64,000 bases of DNA from assembly GCA_001774685.1 (NCBI GenBank), contig MFAS01000001.1, positions 415,557 through 479,556 on the forward strand, given 5' to 3'. Position 1 is the first letter of the stretch. Each line of letters opens with the position of its first letter. The DNA is from Candidatus Collierbacteria bacterium RIFOXYD2_FULL_45_13. GTDB lineage: Bacteria; Patescibacteriota; Microgenomatia; UBA1400; MFAQ01. The translations under genes were made by a program, and so were the position numbers. The notes below the pieces were generated by a model that saw only the letters and a list, made by a program, of their open reading frames with translations, was not told the DNA's origin and ran no database searches. Positions 18,369-26,167 of the stretch are shown in pieces.

Positions 18369-18821
18369 ATGGAAGAAACAAAAAAATCTCGAAACCCCAT
18401 TATCATCGGTCTCCTGATCGTTGCCGTGATTCTCGTTATCTCCAGATTATCTAATTCCGGCAAGGCCATCCGTCCGGAAATAGAAAGTGTGGTTTCTCCT
18501 ACCCCGACTACCGAGCAAACCCCAACCACCATGGTGGATGTTGGAAACGGCCAGATCACTATCGAAGCCGGCAGTTTCTACTTCACGCCAAATTTGATTC
18601 GGGTCAAAAAAGGCGAAAAAATAAAACTTATCCTAAAAGCAAACGACCTGATGCATGACTTTAATATCGACGAATTAGGAGTAAAAGTTCCTGTCACCAA
18701 AGCGGGTAATTCCTCCATTGTCGAGTTCACGGCCGACAAAGCGGGGGAGTTCGAGTACTACTGTTCCATCGGTGAACACAGGCAAAGAGGACAAGTCGGA
18801 AAACTCATCGTCATCGAGTAA
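18369..18821 (+). CDS. Membrane-anchored cupredoxin domain protein
   Basis: 'FYFTPNLIRVKKGE', 'MHDFNIDE', 'FEYYCSIGEHRQRGQVG'. Confidence 0.88.
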   Translation: MEETKKSRNPIIIGLLIVAVILVISRLSNSGKAIRPEIESVVSPTPTTEQTPTTMVDVGNGQITIEAGSFYFTPNLIRVKKGEKIKLILKANDLMHDFNIDELGVKVPVTKAGNSSIVEFTADKAGEFEYYCSIGEHRQRGQVGKLIVIE

Positions 18822-18954
18822 GGAAATATCCATAAATAGACATCGCTGAGACCAACACGCCGAGGATGCATGTCAGCCATAGGAACCTCCGGCTTTTCTT
18901 GCTTTTTGCCACAATCAAGTTAAACAGCAAGACCAATAAAATAATTGTCTTCAT
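18811..18954 (-). CDS. Possible 47-aa two-TM protein (MKTIILLVLLFNLIVAKSKKSRRFLWLTCILGVLVSAMSIYGYFLTR)
   Basis: Translated by hand; hydrophobic-basic-hydrophobic pattern; TATAAT 8 nt upstream. Confidence 0.4.
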   Translation of the reverse strand: MKTIILLVLLFNLIVAKSKKSRRFLWLTCILGVLVSAMSIYGYFLTR

Positions 18955-18997
18955 GTATTTACATTATAGCTCTAGACAGGTCGCGGTCTCAAACCAT

Positions 18998-19024
18998 AAA
19001 AAAAGACGCCTTTGTCGGCGTCTT
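18998..19024 (-). terminator. Terminator of the tRNA operon
   Basis: AAGACGCC...GGCGTCTT hairpin with a U tract on the minus strand. Confidence 0.75.
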
Positions 19025-19034
19025 GACTGACGAG

Positions 19035-19107
19035 CAGGCCTGGTAGGATTCGAACCTACAACCTTTCGCTTTGGAGGCGACTACTCTACCAATTGAGCTA
19101 CAGACCT
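19035..19107 (-). tRNA. tRNA-Trp (CCA)
   Basis: Reverse complement AGGTCTGTAGCTCAATTGGTAGAG...CT-CCA-AA...GGTTCGAATCC...CAGGCCTG; the 3' CCA end is not encoded. Confidence 0.95.
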
Positions 19108-19136
19108 CTGTTAATGTGATCCCGGATGGGATCGAG

Positions 19137-19209
19137 CGCCCCGAGCGGGAGTCGAACCCACAACCAACGGCTTAGAAGGCCGGTGCTCTATCCATTGAGC
19201 TATCGGGGC
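19137..19209 (-). tRNA. tRNA-Arg (TCT)
   Basis: Reverse complement GCCCCGATAGCTCAATGGATAGAG...CT-TCT-AA...GGTTCGACTCC...TCGGGGCG. Confidence 0.95.
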
Positions 19210-19298
19210 TGGGCCTTCCACAATCCTGTTTTGTTGAGGAATTATCCTATATACAGCTCACCCTGTCAACTATTCTTAATTAGTGCTATCATCTAGCC

Positions 19299-20237
19299 AT
19301 GGGAGCAGAAGCAGATGGCGGAGATCGGTCGGGACAAGAACCTGCTGAGAGAGACCGAAACAAGCCACCACTACCGAGGTACACACTTGATTTGTTTAAA
19401 GAAAAAATTGCAGTCATTGACGTGGGTGAAGATGCCCAGAACAAAATTAACCTATGGTGGAGACAGGCGGCTGATGTGCAGGATTGGATAGAACGGTTCC
19501 AAAAAGCCACCAAACTTCTTACACCTGCCACACCGGAGAAACAGGATGCCAACGCCGCTCTCAGTGGATGTCCAGATCTCTTCGATGAAATCAACGACAA
19601 ACTAAGAGTGCTAATCAGCAGAAATACGGGGTTTTCAGCCAGGACATTGTTAATATACCCTATTCTTAGCCAGTTCGGACGACAGTCACCAGAAATAACG
19701 CAAGCCGAAGACCTCGTCGCCACCATAAATTCTTTTGACAAAAAATACTGGACCAGAGACAATGATCAGGTAATTGCTGTTTGCGAGGCAATCAACGAAA
19801 GGGGTGTCGCAGATCTCGAGATGATTCGCTTGCTGGTTGCTCAGTGGTCATTCCAAGAATTTGTGGAAAGTATTCCCAGACAAAAGCTCCACCACCTTTT
19901 TGAAGGTATGGAAGATCAATCGCTTGTGGACGATCTGGAACTCGAAAAAATGGAGATTCAGACAGCTTTAGCCGGCCATCCGTGGTCCGGTGAGAAAAAA
20001 GAAAAATTCCGCAGACTTCATCGTCGGCTTCGTAAAGCCATGGACGATCTCGATGCAGAAGAGCAGGTAAAGCGGGATTTTGATGAGGCCTTTAAATATG
20101 CAGTCGGAGACCTAGGTAAAACTGTTTCAGCCATTGATATTCTGCGTAATGCCGAAGCCGCCTGGGACGGTTTCAAAAGAGACTCCACTCTAAAAGCTTT
20201 CTGGGAGTACGAACAAGAAAAGCTTGGATCGTCATAA
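19299..20237 (+). CDS. Hypothetical alpha-helical protein
   Basis: 312-aa ORF, TATCAT-N6-ATG; no recognised motif. Confidence 0.7.
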   Translation: MGAEADGGDRSGQEPAERDRNKPPLPRYTLDLFKEKIAVIDVGEDAQNKINLWWRQAADVQDWIERFQKATKLLTPATPEKQDANAALSGCPDLFDEINDKLRVLISRNTGFSARTLLIYPILSQFGRQSPEITQAEDLVATINSFDKKYWTRDNDQVIAVCEAINERGVADLEMIRLLVAQWSFQEFVESIPRQKLHHLFEGMEDQSLVDDLELEKMEIQTALAGHPWSGEKKEKFRRLHRRLRKAMDDLDAEEQVKRDFDEAFKYAVGDLGKTVSAIDILRNAEAAWDGFKRDSTLKAFWEYEQEKLGSS

Positions 20238-20395
20238 ACAAGTATTTGAAGTAATATTATTACACCGTGTCAGAAACAAAACTCTTCAGGCTTTTTCGAC
20301 GTTAGCCGATAGTAGGGTAGTCGGTCGTGCTATCACATTTCAGGTGTCCTATGAAACATTTCCCCTTATTAACCACATAGGTGTTCTAACTTAAG

Positions 20396-20788
20396 TTAGT
20401 CCTGTTGTTCGCCGGAAAAGATTCTGACCAAAGCGACGATACCCCAGGCCACGATCATATAAACAATCAAGGCTACCATCGTCGACGGTTCCAAGACCGA
20501 CGCGGTTTCCAAACCTTCAGTTACCGCGCTACGGAATATCCCTTGAAACGGTAAGGTAAAAACTCCGGTGATGGCATAGATGAAGTTCACAAACCCACTT
20601 ATAGTACTCGCCCCCATGAGTTTAAGAATTAGCCGAAATACGAGAAGAATTTCAATGATTCCAAAGATAAAATACACAAAGTATTCGATAGTCTGAGAAT
20701 CGGTCGCTTGTCTGGTAACGGGAGCAATCACAATTGGTTTTTGGCTTTCACCTTGGGTGACCACAGTTTCCTTAATAATTTCCGCCAT
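20396..20788 (-). CDS. YggT-like membrane protein
   Basis: 'IEILLVFRLILKLMGA..GFVNFIYAIT..PFQGIF'. Confidence 0.75.
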   Translation of the reverse strand: MAEIIKETVVTQGESQKPIVIAPVTRQATDSQTIEYFVYFIFGIIEILLVFRLILKLMGASTISGFVNFIYAITGVFTLPFQGIFRSAVTEGLETASVLEPSTMVALIVYMIVAWGIVALVRIFSGEQQD

Positions 20789-21027
20789 ATTATTTTAGAT
20801 TTAATAACGGTAACACAATAAGTATAACAAATAGTAATGTTTATTACACAATACCAACAAAAAGACGAATTGCCTGCAGGCCGTTCGCTCACCATGTCGA
20901 CATATCTGCCTCGCGGCTAGCCGCGGCCAAAGTGGCTTCAAGGACTGTCCTTGAAGATACCGGAACTCTGCGGTTCCAACAATAGTGGCACTGTACAAAT
21001 ACATCAAGAGGTTGTATTGTAATAATT

Positions 21028-21222
21028 ATGACAACCAAATCAAGTACATCAACCAATTCAAATAAGAAGTCCCAAAGAGTAACTTTATTTCTCAAACCGG
21101 AAATCTTAAAACAGGCAAGGGCTCAGGCTGTTATTGAAGAAATTACCCTTACCCAATTGGTTACAAACGCTCTAATCGCACATTTACCATTGGTAACCAT
21201 TATTAAAAAAGTCGTTCTTTAG
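21028..21222 (+). CDS. Small ribbon-helix-helix-like DNA-binding protein
   Basis: 'RVTLFLKPEILKQARAQAVIEEITLTQLVTNAL' beta-helix-helix pattern. Confidence 0.65.
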   Translation: MTTKSSTSTNSNKKSQRVTLFLKPEILKQARAQAVIEEITLTQLVTNALIAHLPLVTIIKKVVL

Positions 21223-21326
21223 GATCGACACGAGTCTCCCGGGAGATCTCAGTTCACAATTCCTACCCGGATATCATGTCTAATAATATCGGCGTTGACG
21301 TTACTAATTAATAAAAAACAATAAAT

Positions 21327-21584
21327 ATGGGAATAATACTTTGGGTAGTATTTGGAGCTTTAGCGGGTTGGATTGCCTCGATGTTGATGCATACAGACTC
21401 CAGTCAAGGCACGTTAGGGGACATTATCATGGGCATTATTGGTTCGGTCGTAGGGGGTTTTCTTATGAATCTAATTGGCAAATCTGGAGTAAGTGGGTTT
21501 AATCTTTACAGTCTATTTGTCGCTGTAATCGGTGCCGTTGTTGTCATTTACATCGGTCGCATGATGAGGAAGGGGTCAATGTGA
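21327..21584 (+). CDS. GlsB/YeaQ/YmgE family (transglycosylase-associated) membrane protein
   Basis: 'GALAGWIAS..GIIGSVVGG..VAVIGAVV'. Confidence 0.9.
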   Translation: MGIILWVVFGALAGWIASMLMHTDSSQGTLGDIIMGIIGSVVGGFLMNLIGKSGVSGFNLYSLFVAVIGAVVVIYIGRMMRKGSM

Positions 21585-21724
21585 ACTTTAGTACTACAAG
21601 TCTTAGCCCACTAGCCTCGTTAGTTTTTGGACTTCTCATTTTGGCGTTCCCCAAATTTCTAAACTACCTTATCGCTTTTTATCTAATCCTTATCGGCGCT
21701 TTAGGGCTGGGACTATTAAAATGA
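21581..21724 (+). CDS. DUF3096-like small membrane protein (47 aa)
   Basis: Hand-translated as MNFSTTSLSPLASLVFGLLILAFPKFLNYLIAFYLILIGALGLGLLK; 4-bp overlaps with both neighbours; missing from the ORF track. Confidence 0.8.
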   Translation: MNFSTTSLSPLASLVFGLLILAFPKFLNYLIAFYLILIGALGLGLLK

Positions 21725-22065
21725 TCAACTTAATTTTCTTACTTTTGACAGGCTCTATTCTGGCTTACGTTTCTAAGTACAATCTAGACCTAGTCACGGT
21801 CAATCTAGGGAAATATACCATTACAGACGTTCCCCTTTTCTATGTCATTATTGGATCTCTACTGCTAGGCCTTGTTATATCTTTTTTGATGCAACTTTTC
21901 AGAAATATTTCCAATTCGTTTGCTTTGCGTAGTAACAAAAAAGCAATAAAATCTGGTCAAGACGAGGTTTTAGAGCTTACCAAGAGAGTCCATCAGCTGG
22001 AGCTTGAGAACGAGAAAATTAAAAATGGAACCACAATGGAGGTCATCGATACTAATGCTTTGTGA
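21721..22065 (+). CDS. LapA-domain (DUF1049-like) membrane protein
   Basis: TM-'N...VTVNLG...VPLFYVIIGSLLLG'-TM-coiled coil. Confidence 0.75.
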   Translation: MINLIFLLLTGSILAYVSKYNLDLVTVNLGKYTITDVPLFYVIIGSLLLGLVISFLMQLFRNISNSFALRSNKKAIKSGQDEVLELTKRVHQLELENEKIKNGTTMEVIDTNAL

Positions 22066-22532
22066 AATCTCTACTTACGAAACTGTGGAAGATTCTGCAC
22101 CTGCCCAAAAGTCTCCAGCTCTTTATAATGCGTTTTTTTCAAGACCAATTTCTTGTAGGGGTAACAGGAATTATTTTTAACGCCAAGAACGAAGTTCTGC
22201 TTTTTAAACATATCTACCGAGCACATTCGTGGAGCTTGCCGGGAGGATATCTAAAAGCAGGAGAACATCCTATCGAAGGACTTGAGAGAGAAATTAAAGA
22301 AGAATCCGGGTTAGTGGTAAGCTTGGATGATTCGCTTAAAACACGTACTGACCGAGGCTCTGCTCGGCTTGATATTTGCTACACGGGAGTGATCATTGGA
22401 GGGGATTTTGTACCAACACACGAAGTGTCCGAATGTGGATTCTTCACCATTGATAACTTTCCTCTCCTCCGAAAAAATCAGATCTTTTTGATTGACCAAG
22501 CTTTAAAACAGAGACTCCTCAACGGTATTTGA
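22062..22532 (+). CDS. Nudix hydrolase
   Basis: Intact Nudix box 'GGYLKAGEHPIEGLEREIKEESGL'. Confidence 0.9.
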   Translation: MKSLLTKLWKILHLPKSLQLFIMRFFQDQFLVGVTGIIFNAKNEVLLFKHIYRAHSWSLPGGYLKAGEHPIEGLEREIKEESGLVVSLDDSLKTRTDRGSARLDICYTGVIIGGDFVPTHEVSECGFFTIDNFPLLRKNQIFLIDQALKQRLLNGI

Positions 22533-22682
22533 ACCAGGAGCTATAGTGGCGATAGCGTTATTCGCGATAATTGCATAAGGTATCGTGAGATTATTGCAGG
22601 CGATCTCGGAAGAAGATAGTTAAACCACTAAGGTTCATTACGAAACTACTTCCGACTTGCGATCCTTGTGTATTGGCAATAT

Positions 22683-22712
22683 AAAAACCCTCCGTCAGGA
22701 GGGTTTTGTTTT
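22683..22712. terminator. Bidirectional terminator
   Basis: AAAAACCCTCC-GTCA-GGAGGGTTTT. Confidence 0.75.
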
Positions 22713-22981
22713 CAAAAGGGGAGGATTATTCCGCTCAGCATAAGAGTGGGCATTACGCCAAAAAGCCAAAATATGCCAATCAGTGCCCCCACCATGAACA
22801 TCATGTGTGGTTCGGTGCTATTCCTGATGTTGCTCTCAGGCATAAACCCAGCGTACAACGGACCACCTAGTCCAAAGTAGGCGGCTGGGGCCAGCGCCAA
22901 AACCCACGGATTTGGGAACATTGCGGAAGTGGCGATTACGGCCAATCCAATTAGCAAAAACACAACCTGATATCTCTTCAT
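22712..22981 (-). CDS. Small three-TM hypothetical protein
   Basis: SD GGAGG before ATG 22981; TTGACA-17-TATAAT promoter at about 23019-23047 on the minus strand. Confidence 0.65.
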   Translation of the reverse strand: MKRYQVVFLLIGLAVIATSAMFPNPWVLALAPAAYFGLGGPLYAGFMPESNIRNSTEPHMMFMVGALIGIFWLFGVMPTLMLSGIILPF

Positions 22982-23134
22982 GGTTTCCTCCAAAATTTGA
23001 ATTTGCAACGCTACCGCTATTATAGGACATTTCAAATAGAATGTCAACCTTTTTGGCTTGGACTTGAAATCAAGGTTTGTGAGGTGAGGTGTTATAACGA
23101 AATTCGAACTTATTTTCGGGACCATTACTAATTA

Positions 23135-23242
23135 ATGGCTCACCGCACGGCAAAATTGCCTCGCGGTTCGCCAACCCCGCCAGCCGGCAGGGTTCACCGG
23201 TCGCGCGACACCGCACCTCCAACTGGGTTGTCGGTGAGCCAT
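23135..23242 (-). ncRNA. Candidate structured RNA or MITE-like element closed by an 11-bp inverted repeat
   Basis: ATGGCTCACCG/CGGTGAGCCAT with nested GC-rich hairpins; G-U pairing favours the minus strand. Confidence 0.4.
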
Positions 23243-23267
23243 ACAAACTCGGTATCCCGTCCTCGTC

Positions 23268-23313
23268 GTCATTGCGAGTTTCGATACTTCGAACCGAAGC
23301 AATCTCACTCCAC
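23268..23313 (+). repeat. Palindromic repeat copy B
   Basis: GTCATTGCGAGTTTCGATACTTCGAACCGAAGCAATCTCACTCCAC. Confidence 0.85.
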
Positions 23314-23436
23314 TGACACTCGTTTGGGATGATTGCTCTCCGAGCAAGCGACAGCTATCGCTGTCGCATCTCTATGTTCGCCAAAGATCACATAGTGACG
23401 TGGCGAAGCTATCTCAATATATGACTCGTCAAAATC

Positions 23437-23469
23437 GTCATTGCGAGGAGTGCAATGACGAAGCAATCT
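23437..23469 (+). repeat. Palindromic repeat copy C
   Basis: GTCATTGCGAGGAGTGCAATGACGAAGCAATCT. Confidence 0.8.
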
Positions 23470-23637
23470 ATATAGATTGCGTTTCCTCGCCATAAAATAC
23501 CCACTGATTAGGAGAAAATTTTATCAGTGGGTATTAAAAGCATTGAGACATCATTGGCCTGGCGGCCAGTGCCTGCTTCGCAGGCATGCAAGCTCATTTG
23601 TATATAAAATACCATTATTTGGTATAAAATAACCTTA

Positions 23638-23826
23638 ATGGACGAGAAAAAAGCAAAATTTTACCAGTCCTACGCGAACCTCCCTTTAGAACTTAGATCT
23701 GAAATTTGTCTAGTTATAGATGGTGAACCAATCACTTGGAATGTGGCAAAACTGGAAATAGATACTGACACAGCAAAAGGAAACGAGATACTTCAAAAAT
23801 TATTTGACTTACTAATTCTAAAATGA
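23638..23826 (+). CDS. Small hypothetical protein (operon gene 1)
   Basis: 62 aa, TAAAAT-N7-ATG, ATGA overlap with the next gene. Confidence 0.75.
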   Translation: MDEKKAKFYQSYANLPLELRSEICLVIDGEPITWNVAKLEIDTDTAKGNEILQKLFDLLILK

Positions 23827-24056
23827 CACAAAAAATAACCGACCAGGAAATAAGGAATCTAGTCATCGAAAGACTTAAGTCAATTTCAGATGAATCCAGT
23901 TTGATGATTGGAGGAGACAAAAAACTCTCAAAATCAGACATGATAAAAAGTGTGAAAGACGGAGATGAGATCGGTCAAAAGATAATCGATATGCAAATGA
24001 CTTATTTGAGAGATTTGGCTAGTGGAAAACTGATGGAAAATATTATGTCACTTTAA
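23823..24056 (+). CDS. Small hypothetical protein (operon gene 2)
   Basis: 77 aa, translationally coupled to gene 1. Confidence 0.75.
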   Translation: MTQKITDQEIRNLVIERLKSISDESSLMIGGDKKLSKSDMIKSVKDGDEIGQKIIDMQMTYLRDLASGKLMENIMSL

Positions 24057-24060
24057 AAAA

Positions 24061-24702
24061 ATGGCCGGAATACTAATAACACGGCCAAATCATGATCAGA
24101 TAACAACTTATTTATCTCAGTGGTCAGAATATGTCATCACATTGGCCAAGTCAAGAGGTAAATCTGTATTTGATTTATTCAGTACTAAGGCTGAGAGAAA
24201 ATATTTTGAACAATATTTAGAATCTAAGAAACCCAATTTTCTATTTCTAAATGGACATGGATCCTCTGACGTGATTTGTGGGTTTAACGACGACGTTTTG
24301 TTGGATGAAGCTGCAAATTCATCAGTGGTGAAAGGACTACTAATTTTTGCCAGAAGTTGCAACGCTGGTGAACATTTAGGACAAATATTGGTGGATAAGG
24401 GAGTAAAAACCTTTATCGGTTATTCCAAGTCGTTTTCTATTGCTATAAATAATCATTATGTCTTTAGACCTAAGGATGATCCGTTAGCAAAGCTATTCAT
24501 CGAACCCTCTAATTTAATCGCAACAACAATTATTAAGGGGAATACCGTACAAGAGGCACATCACAGGTCACTATTGGAAATGAGAAAGACCCTTTCTGAA
24601 ATGATTTCATCTGACATTCCAAACAAAAAAGATTACGCCTTTGCTCTTTACAACAATATGATCGGACAGGTCGTGATAGGTGACGATCAGGCAAAAATAT
24701 GA
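24061..24702 (+). CDS. Putative caspase-hemoglobinase-fold (CHAT/C25-like) cysteine protease
   Basis: 'FLFLNGHGS' His motif, 'IFARSCNAG' Cys motif, then 'GVKTFIGY'. Confidence 0.6.
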   Translation: MAGILITRPNHDQITTYLSQWSEYVITLAKSRGKSVFDLFSTKAERKYFEQYLESKKPNFLFLNGHGSSDVICGFNDDVLLDEAANSSVVKGLLIFARSCNAGEHLGQILVDKGVKTFIGYSKSFSIAINNHYVFRPKDDPLAKLFIEPSNLIATTIIKGNTVQEAHHRSLLEMRKTLSEMISSDIPNKKDYAFALYNNMIGQVVIGDDQAKI

Positions 24703-24721
24703 ACAACTAACCTAATCAACT

Positions 24722-25138
24722 ATGGCAAAAAAATCAGACAACAGTATCTGGGAGGACGGAGTACAAGTATTCACCAAAGCCGGACATCTTGGCAAAAAAT
24801 TTCGCTATTATGTTCTTTTTACGACAATCAGCGACAAAAAATTAACTGAACATGACAAAGAAATCATTGAGCACACCATCAAAGAAGTAGACAATAAATA
24901 TAAAAGTAAGGCTGAATCTGTTTCCTTTGGAGACGAAACCTACGTCCATATTCATTGGTTAATTCCGGACAACGTTCCACCTCAATCTGTTTACGATCTG
25001 TTCTTGGATGTCATATCTTCAAAATTCAATATCGTGAATTATCATGTCAATTCCTCGAACGTTGACGATTTCACTTCGAAAGATATTGTTGAATACAAAG
25101 AATTCCTGAGAAAAATTAAGAATAAAATGGACGATTAA
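24722..25138 (+). CDS. Degenerate IS200/Y1 transposase-like protein
   Basis: 'YYVLFTT' and 'ETYVHIHWLIPDNVPPQSV' resemble TnpA 'YHIVF.TK' and 'DHVHLL..IPP', but the canonical motif is altered. Confidence 0.4.
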   Translation: MAKKSDNSIWEDGVQVFTKAGHLGKKFRYYVLFTTISDKKLTEHDKEIIEHTIKEVDNKYKSKAESVSFGDETYVHIHWLIPDNVPPQSVYDLFLDVISSKFNIVNYHVNSSNVDDFTSKDIVEYKEFLRKIKNKMDD

Positions 25139-25350
25139 AACTGTTTATCACCAAGTTCGTTGAGAAAAGTAAGCCGAATTTCCACCTTTTGAGATCCCAG
25201 AAATCTGGGCGAAACTTCTTTGAGGTAGCGTACTCGCGGCGGCGGGAATCGAACCCCTCGGTCAAGTCTGCTGACTTGCCTCGGGGCGCGGCTCGCAGAG
25301 ATCGTTACGAGCTCTGCTCCGCCAGGCTCTCTTCCCGCAAGATGACAATC

Positions 25351-25380
25351 AAAAAAGACTGGATAAACCAGTCCTTTTTT
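25351..25380 (-). terminator. Terminator downstream of tRNA-Glu
   Basis: AAAAAAGACTGG-ATAAA-CCAGTCCTTTTT. Confidence 0.75.
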
Positions 25381-25385
25381 GCTTG

Positions 25386-25459
25386 TGACCCCGGCGGGAA
25401 TCGAACCCGCGATCTTTTGGATGAGAACCAAATGTCCTGGACCGCTAGACGACGGGGCC
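25386..25459 (-). tRNA. tRNA-Glu (CTC)
   Basis: Reverse complement GGCCCCGTCGTCTAGCGGTCCAGGAC...TT-CTC-AT...GGTTCGATTCCCGCCGGGGTCA. Confidence 0.95.
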
Positions 25460-25693
25460 ATCGAGCTTATTTTATCATTTTTGGGCTCAGACACGCCTAC
25501 GACATTTTGTGCCTAAATCCGCTTCCAATACTTGACAAAATGGGTGATCCAAACTAAAATACATCTACTATATAGCGTTGTCGTGTCGGTTCCCAGCCAG
25601 AATCCACAAAGCTGGTATTTTTTTACCCACTTTGAGGCTTGACTTCCTATCCACAACCTTTATATTGATACAAATATTGTAATTACAAAAAAC

Positions 25694-26167
25694 ATGGCCC
25701 AAAACACACAACGAGTTCAGATGACCCCTCTAGGCTACAGAGCCTTGGTAGATGAACTCAAACAACTAGAATCAACCGGTCTTCCAGAGGCCATTGAGCG
25801 CGTGGCCAAAGCCCGCGAGTTTGGCGACCTCTCCGAGAACGCCGAATACCACTCCTCAAGAGAAGATCTGGCCGCCCTTGAGGGCCGCATCGAAGAGCTT
25901 AGAGACATCATTACCAGAGTCAACGTCGTCGATATCAAGCGATCCGGAGAAGAAGAGGTTGGTATCGGTAGTGTGGTCATGGTCACTATCAACAACAGTC
26001 AGCATGAGTTCTCCATTGTTGGAGAGTGGGAAGCCGATCCTGCCGCCAAAAAGATCTCTCACGAATCCCCTTTAGGCAAAGCACTTCTTGGTAAAAAAGT
26101 CGGTGATCACGTCGAAGTCGAAGCCCCTGCAGGCAAAGTCACCTACATCGTCAAGTCGGTTAAGTAA
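25694..26167 (+). CDS. greA: Transcription elongation factor GreA
   Basis: 'AREFGDLSENAEY', 'ISHESPLGKALLG'. Confidence 0.95.
   Translation: MAQNTQRVQMTPLGYRALVDELKQLESTGLPEAIERVAKAREFGDLSENAEYHSSREDLAALEGRIEELRDIITRVNVVDIKRSGEEEVGIGSVVMVTINNSQHEFSIVGEWEADPAAKKISHESPLGKALLGKKVGDHVEVEAPAGKVTYIVKSVK

Noticed and set aside
23135-23242. c-di-GMP-I riboswitch or SRP RNA
   Set aside because: It lacks the GNRA/receptor 'GACGCAAA' core and the SRP domain IV motif, and it lies outside the neighbouring gene's transcript.
23132-23493. Short ORFs across the repeat/hairpin region
   Set aside because: They are translations of palindromic repeats, with no RBS or protein-like composition.
19035-25459. Prophage or intact integrative element between the tRNA genes
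   Set aside because: No integrase, phage structural or replication genes, and no long flanking direct repeats.
25135-25557. ORFs 25135-25494(-) and 25189-25557(+)
   Set aside because: They overlap tRNA-Glu, its terminator and the hairpin element, so they are spurious translations.
25590-25660. DnaA boxes / replication origin
   Set aside because: Only two imperfect ATCCACA matches, with no box cluster, DUE or dnaA context.
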